A DNA stretch of 64,000 nucleotides. Origin: Lingula anatina. Its lineage: Eukaryota; Animalia; Brachiopoda. The notes beneath the pieces are model-generated. The model worked only from the letters and a program-made list of their open reading frames with translations. It did no database searches and was not told the DNA's origin. Both the position numbers and the translations under genes were made by a program. Location of the stretch: positions 20,836,848 to 20,900,847 of the forward strand of contig CM120643.1 of NCBI GenBank assembly GCA_051362555.1, in the 5' to 3' direction. Positions 40,001 through 55,432 of this stretch are shown piece after piece (position 1 is the stretch's first letter; each line of letters opens with the position of its first letter).

Positions 40001-41538
40001 CAGCCTGACTGCCAGAGACTTGTATAATTATCAAAAACAGGCAGCTTTCATTAATGACAGAGTGTGTGTGCTATATGGAGCCCGGTAATCTGAAAAATGC
40101 TATGCTAATCAGCAGTGATCGGGTTTCCAGTTGGGGCCCCTTGCTTTTGTAAAAATCTCTCACTCTGATTAGGGAGAGTCTAATTACACAAAGCTTTATG
40201 CTGGCACCTATCTAGTTGCGGGGAGAGGGGTGTGAAAAAGGAAAAGATCGAGGAGGTGCAGGGGTGGAAGGGGGGGGGGGGATAACTAAACAACAGAGAT
40301 TAATTGAGCCGAGGGTCAGGGCCAGGGTAATGGGTTGCATGTATAATCAGCGTGTAATATCCTAACTCTGTGTAAATTTACATAAGGAGCTATGGCTCTC
40401 CAGCACAATTCCTCGCTGCAGATCAACTCTGATCTCCAGCTTGATTAGCTAATGACGGATGTAAACTGTCTGTCAGATCAGAGTACGAGAGAGAAAGAGA
40501 GAGAGAGAGAGCAGAGCAGATAAAAGGGCAGTTGTTTTGTCATTGCCTTGATTTGTAAAGGAGCAGGGGGAAAAAGTGATCTTTGCAGGTGACTCTTAAT
40601 ATTCCACATCAGCAGATCATGGGCTGTATTAAGAGCTGTCAAGCCCATATAATAACCAGCCTTCTGGTCCGCATCAGGGAACAGTGGGACTTCCAGGAAG
40701 GCGGTTATTAGCACCATAATTTTCAGGTGCAACAGGGTATCTTCAAGTGCCTTAAAAAATTAAATTCAATGGTTTTAAATTCCAGCACTGAATGTTAATT
40801 GGGGGTTGTAAACCAAGTTGGAACCACTTGAAAAATCAAAGTCTAAATAACGCAAAGCACTTCCAGAGGTCCAAGGCAAACAGGCCATAAAACTTGATTA
40901 GCAGCATGCTAGTTTTCACAAAATTAAAACAGCTTATCTAATTTGACTGGGTAGCGAGTTGAGGTCTCTTGTTACAAGTGAGCTGTGCCAGAATTAACTA
41001 ACACCTACAGACTCACAAAGTAATGAACAAACTGAACAAAACACTCTGAACTTTTCCCAAATCAAGCCTACACCTATTTTCTCCTTAAGTATAGCCTTTC
41101 TCATTCATCATTTTCTTGATTAAGATCCTCTCTGCCACCCAGGAGACAAAAACTCCACAAGATCTGCACCGGGAAAAGTAACAGAATCCACAGTGAGCTC
41201 CTCGTTCCTCTCATATCAGATAAGCTCTCTTTTTGGGATTGCCATAGCAACGGTAGTTAAAAAACGTCCATCTCTCTCTAACTCTGTAACACCTGGCCTC
41301 AACTGAATAGTTTTCTGATTTACTGATACTTCAACAAACACATGTGTGCATGGGAGACAACTCTGTTGATTAGCCATCATGCCTTGCTGACACACTATAT
41401 AACAGTTTGCTTAAAGTTCGGACAGGATCTGAAGAGGGGGAGGGGGTGTGGGTGTGGAGGGAGGGGGGTGCAGAGTGACAGGAATACAAAAAAAAAAAAA
41501 AAGATAATCTAGTGAAATACGTGCTTAAAGAAGTGGGA

Positions 41539-41583
41539 TGTGTGTGTGTGTGTGTGTGTGTATGTGTGTGTGTGTGTGTGTGT
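41539..41583. repeat. (TG)n microsatellite
   Basis: Read directly; one interruption. Confidence 0.9.
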
Positions 41584-44222
41584 ATGCAAATGTGCATGTT
41601 TGTGTCTATGCCTATGCACTAAACTACATACTTAACTAAAATTGAACTCATAACTCCTCCTTCTCGTCACATATATATACAACAGCAATAGGCTTTCCAG
41701 TAGTTTCCTGCGTATATGCATACATCTGAGTTCACCTACCATGTGGATTATGATGTACCTAATCAACCATAGGAAATGAGCAATGCTAATTAACTCAAGC
41801 AATTTCTAAATGACTTCTGCATCAAAATCACAATTCCAGAGATTCCCGACATCAGCCAACGTATTGCTCATTTGCCTGGACAAGTTTTTATCAGTTCAAA
41901 CTGGACAGAGCGACAGAGAAAAAAACAGTGATTCCCTTGGGGGTATTTGCTTACTAGGATGTATGAAGCAGTTTTGGCCATTGATACAGACTGCCGTCCT
42001 ATTGATCTCTGGGATAGCATGCTGTAATGAGTCCTGGTTGACTGCACAGCACATGGAGCTATCGCAGGAATCGGAAGACCATCGTCTCCACATATCAGTT
42101 CTTAATTACTGTATTAATTGAGTTTTGTTTGCAACAGGGACCAGTATGCAATATGATAAAATGAATAATTCATGATCATTCCCTAAATCTTCAGAGATTC
42201 CACTTTAATGTTTTATCAAACCTACCAACACAAAAATATCCAGCTCAGCGTTAATTTCTTATGGATCGATAGCTGATTACTAGAAAGTGCCGTCAAGTCA
42301 ATGATTCGGAGAAAAATATCATCCAATATCCCAGACTTTTTTTTTAGATATACAAATATGATAAAATCACTTATTGCTTGCAACGTTTATGACCCAAGAG
42401 GAAAGGTGTTATCATATTGACAGACCCCCCGACGCTGAAACAAATGATGCAGCGACTTTTCTCTAACAGCTCGGCTTCAATTAAGAAATCACAAATTTCC
42501 AAACCGCTGAAAAATCAGATTAGGTGGCTATGATGTGGAGGAATGTGGGACTTCTTCAGTAGAACAACAGCATTCTGATCTTAAATATGGACTTTGTTAC
42601 CAAAGTGATGTAAATATAGTTAAGTTAATGGCTCCATCTGCATCAAATTTTCAACGAGTTCTCCTGAAGAAAGTGGCTTATTACTAAGACCGTTCAGTTC
42701 ATTAGATCATTTTAAGCCTCCATTTTTTTCCTCCCACATTTTCAAGCAGTCTGAAGATGGAACAATGTCAAAATCTTTATGCAATTACTCAAAGCATGAC
42801 ATTTCTCTGTTTTCTTTGCTGAAGTTGACTGTGTAGAAAGATGTACAGTTTACATTTCTCTAAATTTGTCATTTACCATTTACCATTACCAAGACTTGAT
42901 CAAACAATCTCCTAAAATGGCAATCCATCCCTTGAAACCAGAGGGCTACTGCCTTTTTCCTCACAATAAAATATAGGACACACGGATAAGGCAGAGGAAC
43001 ATAAATAAAGAACATAATTTAAGTGTTTAATTTTCTTCTTTTGATATTTGCACTCAGATTAGTTTCAGTTTGTAAGCTATGTAACAATGTAGTACTGGTG
43101 TGATGTTTAACTCTAGGACACCATGCTTGGGCACTGCATATCCCAGCTTGCTCACATCACCGCAGCCAATACACAAATATTTTCTATCTAAATGAGAAGA
43201 GATGTCCTGGACGCTTCAAACTCTGCCCCCTAATGACTAGACTATTTTTCTTCCAAACTGATTAACTGACATGTGATCTCTTCTCTTCATCAGCAATGGT
43301 CTGGGTTACTGGTTTTGGAGGTGGACCCCAAAAGATGGGAGGGGAGAGGGTGAGGAAAATCATGGAATCACTGAAAGTCTTTCTCAAATCCAGCCTTAAG
43401 TAACACTTCTTAAAACCGATATTAGTTTTTTCTTGGAATTTAGAAATCAATCCTATAGAAACAATTTTCATCTGAAAATATTCTTCTTAAAATATTTTTA
43501 GCTATTGTCTGCTGTCATCCATAAGCTGCAGAAGAAAATAAGAGAACGATATTTTACCTGTCATGTCAGGATCACCCTGCAAGCGGACGACACTGCAACA
43601 TGCAACAGCAATTATTTTGCTTCTCATGATATTTTTTTTCTTTTTTTTCATCTAACAAACAAAGATTCTCTTCTTTCTTCTACCATCAAATGATATGACT
43701 ATCGCAGTGACAGGTCTCTGCCGACAAGTTCAGTTAACAGGCTTCGACCTCTTGTAATGAGTATTTTTCTTAAGCTTCATCTGTGTCGTTAGTAAAATGC
43801 CAAGTCTGTCATAATACTAGCATGAACTTTCCGTGACTAATTAATGCCAGCAAATCTCGGCTTGTTGAATAAATGGAGCATTTTATGTGCTGTTATGCGA
43901 TAATTAGAACAGTTATTACTTCCCTTCAATCCAGGATAACAGAGATGGATGGGGTGATGCTTTTACTTACTATTTTTTTTTCTTCTTTTTTTTTGCACTT
44001 TGGGAATTCTAACCACACCTGACTTAGCTGTCACATAGCATGAAGTTAACATCATCATCTGGTCTCTCTTGTAATTATTACCACCATAAATCATATTCTT
44101 CAGATACCTTCTCAAGGTGGATTGACTTAACTCAACCCTTATTTCTCTCTCTATTACTTGTCTTTTACTGCTTCACCTATAAATTCATTCATTCCTATGT
44201 TCTGTATCTTGCCCCCATTTCT

Positions 44223-44261
44223 AATAATAATAATAATAATAATAATAAAATAATAATAATA
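44223..44261. repeat. (TAA)n microsatellite
   Basis: Read directly. Confidence 0.85.
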
Positions 44262-47245
44262 TTAGCAATGCAAGCGATTTTATCTCTCCTTCACCAAATC
44301 CACCTTCAAATATACCTCATCTACATTAATATATATGCCATTTTTCATTCTACAGCTACAAACTTCCTAGATCCCCCATCTCCTTCCCTCTGAATGTCTG
44401 TCCATCTGTCTGTCTGCCTGTATCCTTCTTTTTCCTCCCCAATAAAACTAGATAACATATTTCATCCCATCTTTCCTCCCTTTCCCCCCTCAAATATGCA
44501 AATGCCTAAGTTTTTCTATTTTCCCACAAAAAAAAAAAAAATAATAATAATAATAATAAAATAAAATAAAATAACCCCCCCCCCCCTACATATCTGCCAT
44601 TAGTCTTATTCCAGAGGTCATCTGACTCTGGCCATGTCCATTTTGAGGCCAAACTATTTAGGTCAGTCTGTCTGGACAGAGCTGACCAGACTTGTTACAA
44701 ACCCATTGGTCAGTGCTATCACTCTAATGGTTACTCTATATCAGTGAATCAGGACAGATACAGTATAGGGGTCAGTGTTAAGGTACTTCAACCAGTGTCC
44801 AAGCAATGTCCAGTTTGGTCAGAGGGCACTTGCTATGAATGGGCCACTGGTCACTAACAAGATACAGTGATTGAGCGTAAAGACTGTATGCAAGTAATAT
44901 ATTGGACACGGATGAATGAGAAAAGCAAGAACATGAACACAGCCAGTGACAACACAGCACCAGTAACAATACAATGCTTGATGCTGTTCCTCAGTTCTCA
45001 CCATACAGTGACTGTACAACTGGTAATGGAGTAACACTTACTGTGATATACAGTGACATTACATACTTGATAGAGATAGAGTTCTCACCATGCAGTAACA
45101 TTACAACACCCGAAGCCATCACAGAAATATCATCATACAACAACAACAACGCAATCATTGATTCTTTTCTTCATATTACACATCTAGGCATTACAGTCTG
45201 TTTTTTACTTATCATTCAAAATTAATATTTTTAAAAAATCATTACTAAAAACAATGAACACCTGTATATTCAATGACCACCCCAAAAATTAAAGAGAAAC
45301 AAAGCACCATTTACCTCAAGATACAGAAATCGGGCTGAAAGCTTATCTCATTCAGATGCTGCTGGACAGACTTCCGTTATGATATTGTACATACTATTCC
45401 ACTATTGGCATTACATTTTAGTTCAACCACTGATGAGATCTTATTCTGACCAATCAAATGATAAAAGATGTACTTACACATCACCATGGTAACAGATTGT
45501 AAATTAACGTGGCTAATTTGTAATTATAGAATTTGGCCAGTTAACTGTATGGATAATACATATGGTCCATACAGTACAGTTTTGTTCAATATCATACAAG
45601 CAATGAAGATTTAAACTGTCTGGTAATTAAGAAGTAGTATATTTCTAAACAAACAAACAAAGATTATTTTCAATGACAACAACTCTGTTGCACTTATGTA
45701 AATGTGATCAGCATTCTTAAGGCATAATTTGAGTGAGTTATTTTACTTTTTTATATCTATTTATTATATTTTTTAGGGGAGAGAGGAGAAGTAGAGGAGG
45801 GTTAAGTAATTAGTGTTAATCACAGCATGAAAGTCAAAGGCTTGCTTATTTACAAGGAATATATACTAAAAATGAGGAGAAGAAAAAAATGATACTAAAA
45901 GAAAACGCAAAATATAATTTTTACAAATAGGATTGGTCAGGCAAATACGACTGAACTGTGAGTTGGAGATAGTGATCTGGGTCTGGAGAAAAACTCATAC
46001 TACGTTAACTACATGTGCATCGATTGTGGACTCGCGAGGGCCGTGAGGTACTCTCTGGAGTCACAGATCAATGAAATGGTAGTTACTGTGAGCGAATGAT
46101 GGATGGCGACTTTTACAATCCCGATTGAACCTTCTGCTAGACTTGCCAAACAGCAAGCAAACAAGTGAAACACTAGCTTAATGAATGGCTGGTTGGCTTG
46201 GGAAGACCCCCATCTCCTCACTCCATTGTACTACAACTTTCTCCAATAATGCCAAGACATAGATGGATGCACTGCATATCATTTTGTATATGTTGTATAC
46301 ATTTCTTCATGCTCTGTATCCTTTATTTACTACTGCACAAGTATTATTTTTCTCACTACTCTCTGTGGTTTTTCTTATTGCATTTACGTACAATAGTTAA
46401 AAGTTAAAAGTGAAGATATCATTGATAAAAAATGAACAACACACACGAAAATGAAAAGGACTGACAGCATGAAGAAAAAAAAAACATAATTGCAAACAAT
46501 CACTGTGTGGACAATAACATTTTTTGTTTAACTATTAGCACATTTTGTACAAAGACCATTAACTATAATAAGAATCTCCAAATTACACCTACGACATGCC
46601 ATGCTTTAAATAATAGGTCCACTGAAAACATTGGGGTACTTTAAATGTGTCCATGTATCATTATTTCGTTATCTTTTCTGGCTTAAACAATACCCATATA
46701 ACAAATGAATAAATGGGTGTATTAAATAAATGGACACAAAAGAATAAGCGAAATGGTAAATAAATAATTAATTAATGATAAAAGTAACAATGATGGGTTT
46801 TCATGCAAATACTAGGAAATAGATTTTTAAGAGCAAACAAGGTTTATCTCTGTCATGCTGAGGCTAAAAGGGGCTAAAATAAATACCTCTAAGCTCTGCA
46901 TAATTTTGTGATAAAGGTACACCCACGTTGATGAGGTCATTTGCCCTACATTGTCCCTACTTCCCAGAATTATATATAAAACTGATTCACTGTAATAAAT
47001 GACATACTATAGCAAATAATCATTATGTAATAAATGTTTTTTTAAAAAATCGACGGACAGAAGAGGTCATCCTTAATGATGTCACGATGTCCTTCCTTTT
47101 CCAGGAATACCCCAGTTTAGTCATTAGATTGGAGAGATATGTAAGGCAGAATTGAATAAGGTCAACTATTTACTTGCCAACCCAGGAGTAAGCCTTGACA
47201 GAGCATAATCAGTGATGGTTGGACTTATGTAATAGATCACATGTA

Positions 47246-47471
<226 letters not shown>

Positions 47472-47949
47472 CTTAAGCACAGGGATGCTTTTGAACAGAT
47501 AAATCTATCATGTAAGTGCATGTCATATAACTCATACTTTACATCATGACAGATATACTCTCCAATATGACTACACACAAAACAAAATACATAAACATCC
47601 ACATTGGAGTTCCATTCCACTTGTTGAGAAGTAAACCAAATCTTCTATACACGAGTCCGAGGGGATCAATCGCCCTCTGTGGGTTAATTAACCTGAAATT
47701 TAAGACAATGGTTTTTGCACACTCATCTCCACCAGCAGCAAACAAGCAGTTATCTGATGTATGCATCTCATTGTAATGTCATTAGCGTGGAACGCGGAGG
47801 GCCAGGGATCAGGAGACGTTATTGAGTCAAACTTCTAATAAATCAAATCAGTTCACTTCAAGCTCTTGGTTGTATGTAAGGTATGTTTTATTTAAAAATT
47901 GAAATTGTACACTGATTATACAGAAATGCCTTGTAGAGATGCTGTAGAT

Positions 47950-47950
<1 letters not shown>

Positions 47951-47981
<31 letters not shown>
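47951..47981. repeat. (GT)n microsatellite
   Basis: Read directly. Confidence 0.9.
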
Positions 47982-47983
<2 letters not shown>

Positions 47984-50900
47984 CACCCACCTGCACGAAT
48001 GCATGCATGGACACGTGTACTACAAACACTTTTACATGCATTGTACCAGAAAAAAATGAAATAGGTCATGTTCATTCAAAAAAATACATTGTTGCAGGAT
48101 ATAATTCATACAGATCAAATATATGTTGCTTTTTCATACTAATTAACCTGTCCTGTTTTCTTCTAGAACATCTTCATTTATCTGAACTAATGCTGAATGG
48201 GGGGTGGGGGGGGTGGGGGGGGGAAGGAGAGAGGAGTTTTCTGTCACAACGTGGTTCTAAACTGAAGTTGAATGGGAGAATTTTCTGACCTAATCTTTGC
48301 CAGTCTATTAATGAGACTATAACGTCTGCCTTTGATTGAAGAAAACACATGTTGTTGTCATTTTTGGAATTTGACTGTAATCGATATTTAGGTTCCCTCC
48401 GTCTGTGCTGCCTTGTCATGTTTTCCAACACTAACTAGAATCCCACCATATAACACCATCACACCAGTGAAATTTTTATGAAACTTTTTCTCATATTTTT
48501 TAATATGAATTATTTCTGGAAAAATAACTAGTGTGTTAAGATTATTTTTGAAATAATGGTGATGATCTTTCTGTCAGAGAAAGAGAGAGTGAAGGACAAA
48601 TCTAAAATACAAAGAATCCTGTACTTTTAAATTAGTTATAACTAATTTTGATATCAGCTAAAAATAACTTTTTTTAAATGGAAATGTAAGAATGAGTTGA
48701 TGCAGCTGTCAGCTGTGTAAAAAAATAAGAGACCACACAACACGCTACAACTGCAAATGAGAGAAATTAATGCATTGGATTGCAATTTAGACACCTGCAA
48801 TTTCAATTGGTGAACAAATCAAGCATATCCAAGGTGAGAAAGTTTCGGCATACGACACTCAGCCATTATGTTGATAATCACAAATGTAAATCTGATACTA
48901 AGCAACTTTTTTTTTTTTACAAAGATGCATCCTTTCCCACTTTTCTTTGTATCTTTTTTTTCTCATTCAACAACCCACATTACCTCCTGCCGTAGGAAAA
49001 TTTTGAAGTTCATGTCAACTCATTGTTCTGAATGTAACAATTTAATATATTCACCACTGTGTGCCTGCTTCTCTTTTGTAAGTGTTAGTGCTGCATATAT
49101 AGAAGAATGTCGCTGGAAACAAAAGGCGCTCTCAGATAACATCAGTCAACAAAGCCTCATCTTTTACTGCCTGACAGTGAGGACGGGCTGGGAAATGGAG
49201 CACAAAGTTGACAGAGGGGAATGAAAGTTAATATATATATATATATATATAAGGCAGAATTGAATAATATATATATAACATGCATATTTATATAAATAAA
49301 ACTAAATTATATCTAAAAATTATTCCATCAGCTGTGTCATGCACTGAAAGTTACAATAATAGATTCTTCAAAAGGAAAAGGCTACTGTGAGATCAACAGC
49401 CCCATTCCTTAATGAAGGTATCATGTGAGACAATGAAATATTGGAGTGGTCTTAAATCTGATTTTCAGCTGTTGTTTTAGGGATCTTTTATTGTAACTTT
49501 AATCGCATCAACATAACAAAATAACTTTTTAAAGAAAGCATTCATACCTTCAATGAGGAGTAAGCTTCTCACTTTTTCTTGCCCTGTTCTGGCTGGATAT
49601 CTACAAACTGTCTCTCTCAATCTTCCTCTGGAAAGAAAAAAAAAACAGAAATAGTTGTGCGGTTGTCTCATCCAGCCCAATCTACACACTGTTTCGCCAC
49701 GGGGACGGCACTGGGCTCTTCAGCAGCCCGACTGTGACTACTCTACAATATGACAAACAGCAGACTGTCTTGATTAAAACCTAAGTCACCCACGGTTTCT
49801 ACTGTCAGAGCCTACAAGCTTAGGCACTCCATCAGATGCTGCTGCAATCCACTAGAGATACCTCAACTCAACTCAACGTACGCCTGTCCGAGCCACGGCA
49901 GCTCCTGGAGACAAAACCTAAGAGCACCCAGGTGGTGATAATTACACCCCTCTTCCATCACCTGACCTACTTTCAAAATTAATCCAGCCTCGGCTGGTCT
50001 TGTTAAGTGGGTGGCTTGAATGCTGACACTAATGAGTGTCGGTGATCAACAACATGGTACTTGTGATGTCATGCCAGCAACAAACCTCAAACTGATTGCC
50101 TCGTCAGTTTCCAAACTGGACCATGAGCAGAGAGGAGAGGTGGTGTCGTCAGTGTTGGCTTTTGGTGGAAGTCACATGGAGAGAAATAGAGAGAGAGCTG
50201 TGACACAAGACAGCGGAGAGATAAAAATACCACATAACTCATTATCTCTGTGACACCGCTGTGGCCGAAATATTAAATGATTAATTGCCCACTGCGTGAT
50301 CTCAGAACTAAATGCCTTGGTTAGATAAGACTCTGTCCTGGCCCTACATTGCCCTCTTCACATAATTCATCTCTTTCTCTCTTTTGGTCAGAAAAGTGCA
50401 AATCAAGAAGGGAAGTGCTCCTGTCATTTGCAAATGTTTTTGGTCTTCTTCTCAGACACCTTCATAATGTTGCCTCTTAAGAAGAAATTTCTCCAGACTC
50501 AAATGTCTCATTAATTACAGAGGAATAATAACCACCAAACACTGCCTTTATGGCTGCAAGTTTTAACACCTCTTTTCATCCTCATCTCAAAGACGTGTTC
50601 TAATACTTACAATCATAATTGCTGAACATTTATTATGCTGTCATGGCAGCTCAATTAACAGCCCTGCTTTACAATCAAACAACAATGATAATGATTTCCA
50701 CAGGCTCATATCACCTTTTAATTACCAAGTTGGGGGGTGGGGGCACTGTTTCATTACTAACAGGTCATTTATGAACAGGGTGATAACTTTTTTATAGAGA
50801 AGAGAAATAGATTTATAGGTTTTCAAGCAGACCTGTCATTCACCTCTACTCAATCCTGTCTACTATTCATAACCATGCAACAAGGTGTGAAAAAGAGAAA

Positions 50901-53496
50901 TTCTTTATTAAGCTACTCCTACATGCTTTGGGAGGGAGGGGGAATGAAGGTGAGAACTTGTCTAGAAAAACCCTCGATTAACTGTCTCTCTACACCTGTT
51001 CTACAATCTGTGTACTTTGGCAACCCCAGAGTTTGTTTAGCAAATGTGTTTGTTTTTCTGAAACTTTGCAAATGTTTGTTTGAAATCATGGCTAAGTAGG
51101 AAACATTTTTACCTTCCAACTTTTGGAATTTTGATCTCTCTAATGCTATGCAGCCAGTTTTTTTCTTTTTATTCTAAGGTCATTTATGGGTATCCAAATT
51201 GAGTGCTCCAAAATGCACAGCTCAAAAGTCTTTATTTCAAATTGAAGACCTTGCCACAACACTGTGCTTTCCTAGGAAATGTTATCCATTTTTCCTTCAT
51301 AAATAAAGTAGCTGATACATTCCAATTTCTTATCTTTTCAGCTTTCTTTTTCAATGTGACGAATTCTTACATCTAGTTATCGATGTTAGCCTCAAACATT
51401 ATCTCATTTGAAAAATAAAATTAATCAAAATATACATTAAAAAGATGACACTTTTTGACCTGTTCATGTTGTCACCTAAACCTATCAAATCTTAATAACT
51501 TCATTTCAAATAACAACCATAAGATGGAATTTTTACATTTATAGTGTATAATAAATCAAATGTTGAAAGATATGAGCATAATATTATCAAGATGATTATA
51601 CATATTAAAATCATATCCATAATTAAAATACCCAAGACTTAAAATATTTATTTCACCAATATCACAAAAAAAAAAAAAAAAAAGAATATAGAATTAAACA
51701 CTCAATCCTCATTAGGCATCGGAATACTGATCTTAATTAATCCAATTAATCTGTGGTAATTATTGATTAATAGACATACACTGTAACACCAACCTTTTGA
51801 ATTAAAAATATATTTCAAGTTGCAGATGTTCCCCTACTGCATAAATCTCCCACGTAGGCATGCATGCACACAAGGGGCAGAATTATTACCTTTCTTAGTC
51901 TTTATTAATCTTGGTATTAATTATAATTAATATGATTACTCGTTTCCTGTAAAATAATGAGGGTCAAATAATTCTGACTAATTGATGATTGTCAACAATG
52001 TCATCAGCAAAATCCATGGCAAAAAAAAGGATATAAAAGCAACAAATTATGAAAGTCAACAGGGTTTTGAATTCTGACCTAATGGTTTAAATCATGGTCC
52101 TCTAGTCTAATCGAGCAGAATGTGAAGTGTTTGTGCCAGTAATTATAAGACTTGTTAAGATACTGTCACACAAGGTGACAGGATATGACTTCTTGTCCTT
52201 TACACCACAATAGACTTGCTGATGATTGAACTGATATGAATATTAACATCTCAACATGGAGGTGATCAAAACATCCACAACAACTGGTTCTGGTTTTTGT
52301 GTTCTATAGGCATATAACCCTGCAACTCTTCAGTCCACGAGTCACTACATGCTTATATGATTATGTGTGTAAAATTTCACTAAAACTGATTAAAAAATGA
52401 AAAAAAAAAGTCAAAGGTGGCAAATGGTTTCAACATAGACAGACAGACAGACAGACAAGATATTTTCTACTTTGACAGATGAATGAGCAATTAGATTCCA
52501 GTATACCTCTTGTGTGTGCAGGGGAAAGGAGGTGAAGGAGAGTAAGGGGGCCTGAGGGTAGAATAATATGATCTTACATTTGCAAAGAGCCGCCCACTCT
52601 GTATACTAAAATAAAAATGCACTACTTTTCCCAGATAAAGTCAATACTAACAGAACAAAAAAAAATGTTCAATGCTTCATAAAAAACCAAAAAAGTGTTA
52701 ACTGTTCCCAGTTAGATACACCATATAGCGTGGTCTCTAGATTAGTATATCTAATGAACTAATGGCAGAAATGTACAATTCTTCTTTCCGAGGAGATCTC
52801 GAGCCATTGGGTCACCACGAGGGAGCACATCCCTGCAGGCCTGCCAATCCCAGAGCCGCTAAAATCTTGCTAATCAAATGTAACATGAGGCTCTGGTTGG
52901 AAATGTCATTCTTCAGGCTGATAAGAGCAAATTAGGCCAAAGAAAAAAAAAAGAACTAATGAATGGTGGAATCTGGATGGCAAATAATGAATCTTTCTAT
53001 CAGTCTTCATGCTACTTTGGCTTTTCCCTGTGTTTCTCAGGCTTGTTTCTAAAAGATACCGAGAAAAAAAATGGATGGTAACCCTTAAAGTCAAAAGAAG
53101 TTCAGTCAGTTACATTAATAGTGCGAACAGATTAAAAAACACACAACAATCCACTAAACAGAAGCAGGCTATAAATATAAGAAAAATAATTTCCCATCAT
53201 TGAGAAATTACAGTGAACTGTGCATAGCTATTATACATGTCAATAGCTATGGCTGACTGGAAGACTAGACTAGTTTTTCTAACAAACATATTTTCCATGT
53301 ACTGACCAGACTGCACATATCTAAAAATCACACACTCAAAAATTTTACAAACTTGTTTTTTTTTTTTACGGAACAACGCACTCATTTCCTCAAACCACTC
53401 ATCTGCTAAGATGTTGTTTTTTTTTACTAAGTAATATGTAGACATTCATTAATGATCAAAATGCCTCTGCAGTGCCTCACCTGTTAAGCTGCATGC

Positions 53497-53520
53497 CCAA
53501 TCTTTGGTTGCCATGGAAAC
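53497..53520. promoter_or_regulatory. CCAAT box next to an RFX X-box
   Basis: CCAAT at 53497-53501; GTTGCCATGGAAAC at 53507-53520. Motif match only. Confidence 0.4.
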
Positions 53521-55169
53521 CGAGCGGGTCAGCAGGGCAGCAAAAAATCTATGGGCCTTTTGCAGGAAACAGCATTAATTAGGTAAAATTGTGCAGTTTA
53601 ATCAGTTATGACAGGTTGCAAAAGAGCAGGGCCTGCACCAGTGAACTCATGCAAATGGAGAATGCCGACAGATCAATTCCTTTTCTTCAGACTCCAAATT
53701 AAAGAGAGCAGACCTTCATTCCAACCTTCTTCGCACCATCTCAGGGCAGACGTCGGAATAATCAACTTCATTAAACTTAATCCATTGAGACTGTTGTAAT
53801 TGCATCTTTTTTCCCCCTTCTTTGCGTATAAAAATAAAAATCACTGCATCGACTGGATGTGCCCTAATATGAATAGCCATTTTTTGCCCGTACAAAGTCA
53901 AAGCAAACTTAATCAAGATTGGAAAGTTGAGGACACCACAAAGTCCAAACCAACGAGCCAGAGAACAAATTTCGTCCAGTTGCACTAACAGAAGTCACCA
54001 GATGACACAGCTCTTGCCATGTGTTACAATCTAAAGTGTGAATAGCATTATATTTCACAGCATCTGAAAAAGGACTGCTGTTACCGTTAAGCAAACGTTG
54101 TAAACACTGATTCTGACCAATTTTTTTTTCTGTTAGGAAAGAAATGGAAGAACAGAATGAGAAGAAGGAAAGAATGAACTCTTTTAATAAAAGAAATGGA
54201 AGTTATTCTTTGTAATTTTCAAACACCTCTCTTATTCTGACTGTTCTGATACTTTTTTTCCTAAAACAATAATTTTCAGTAACTTGTCAGAGGGAATAAA
54301 CTTTCTGATACAAAGCCAATTGACTTTTTAAGATTTCTGAATCAACAATTTGAGTATAACTATCAATATTATCTTGTGAAAATAAATTAAATCATTTTGT
54401 GCAAAATTACTGAGTAGTTACTGTAAGTAAGTATCAGGTTAGACTCAGGAGAATGTTATCAGTGCAAAGAAAAACTGAACAATATGGACACAACTCATTA
54501 ACATTCCTCTCCAGCAGCAGAAGGACAGTGTCCCAAACATCATTACCAAAAGTCGCCTCTTTAAACGGCGCCAACATGCGACATAACGCATCGTTTTTCC
54601 TTTCAACTACCGTAACCTTCATTTCACACCACGGCCTACAACAATCATTAGTCATTATCACAATCATCATCAGCAATGTTTAACATTTTTATGTGTTTTT
54701 TCTCCTTTTTAAAAACATTAGGTTAATGTTGTACATGTTAAATAGCATTGTAAGTGTCTGACAGAATAATCATTTGTCATGACTTTATACATTAATTCAA
54801 CACTGGTGAAAATGATTTTCAAGTATTAATATATAAATGATGTCTCTTATGTTTCTCCCACAAAGGTCTGTCTCTCTTAGCCAATCTTCACCTCGTCTGT
54901 TACTTTTTTCCTTCCTTTAAAAATATACAAACTTTTTTATATCCAACTTTTTTGCATGCAAATGAATAGTCACAACTGTGAAACTACAACTCCATCAACT
55001 CTCCCCCCCCCCTTTACACCACCACCACCACCAGCATCAATGCCCCCATGTTGTGAATTATGAGAAATTAATCCCCCTTGATCCATAGTCTTCTCACTGC
55101 AGCTGATAACTCCTTGTAATCCCTAGTTAACTAATCTCTCCTCAGTAATCCTTCAGGTGTATCAATCTG

Positions 55170-55278
55170 GAGCCTATTTCAAGAAAGAACTATAGCCCGT
55201 AAATTGGTCTAAATAAGACCAAAATTTCAATCTAGTTTCACCCATGATAAATCAGTAGCTGTCCAACTGAAATAAATA
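55170..55278. mobile_element. Truncated MITE (family A, copy 1; left end only)
   Basis: GAGCCTATTTC...AAATTGGTCTAAATAAGACCAAAATTTCAATCTAGTTTCACCCATGATAAATCAG aligns with the left ends of the copies at 58143 and 62655. Confidence 0.55.
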
Positions 55279-55344
55279 TTACAATGTTTTATAACAAAAA
55301 ACATATGGATAATGTTTTCGACCAATACTATTGCAATATAAGTG

Positions 55345-55345
<1 letters not shown>

Positions 55346-55430
<85 letters not shown>
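55346..55430. repeat. (TG)n microsatellite
   Basis: Read directly. Confidence 0.95.
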
Positions 55431-55432
<2 letters not shown>

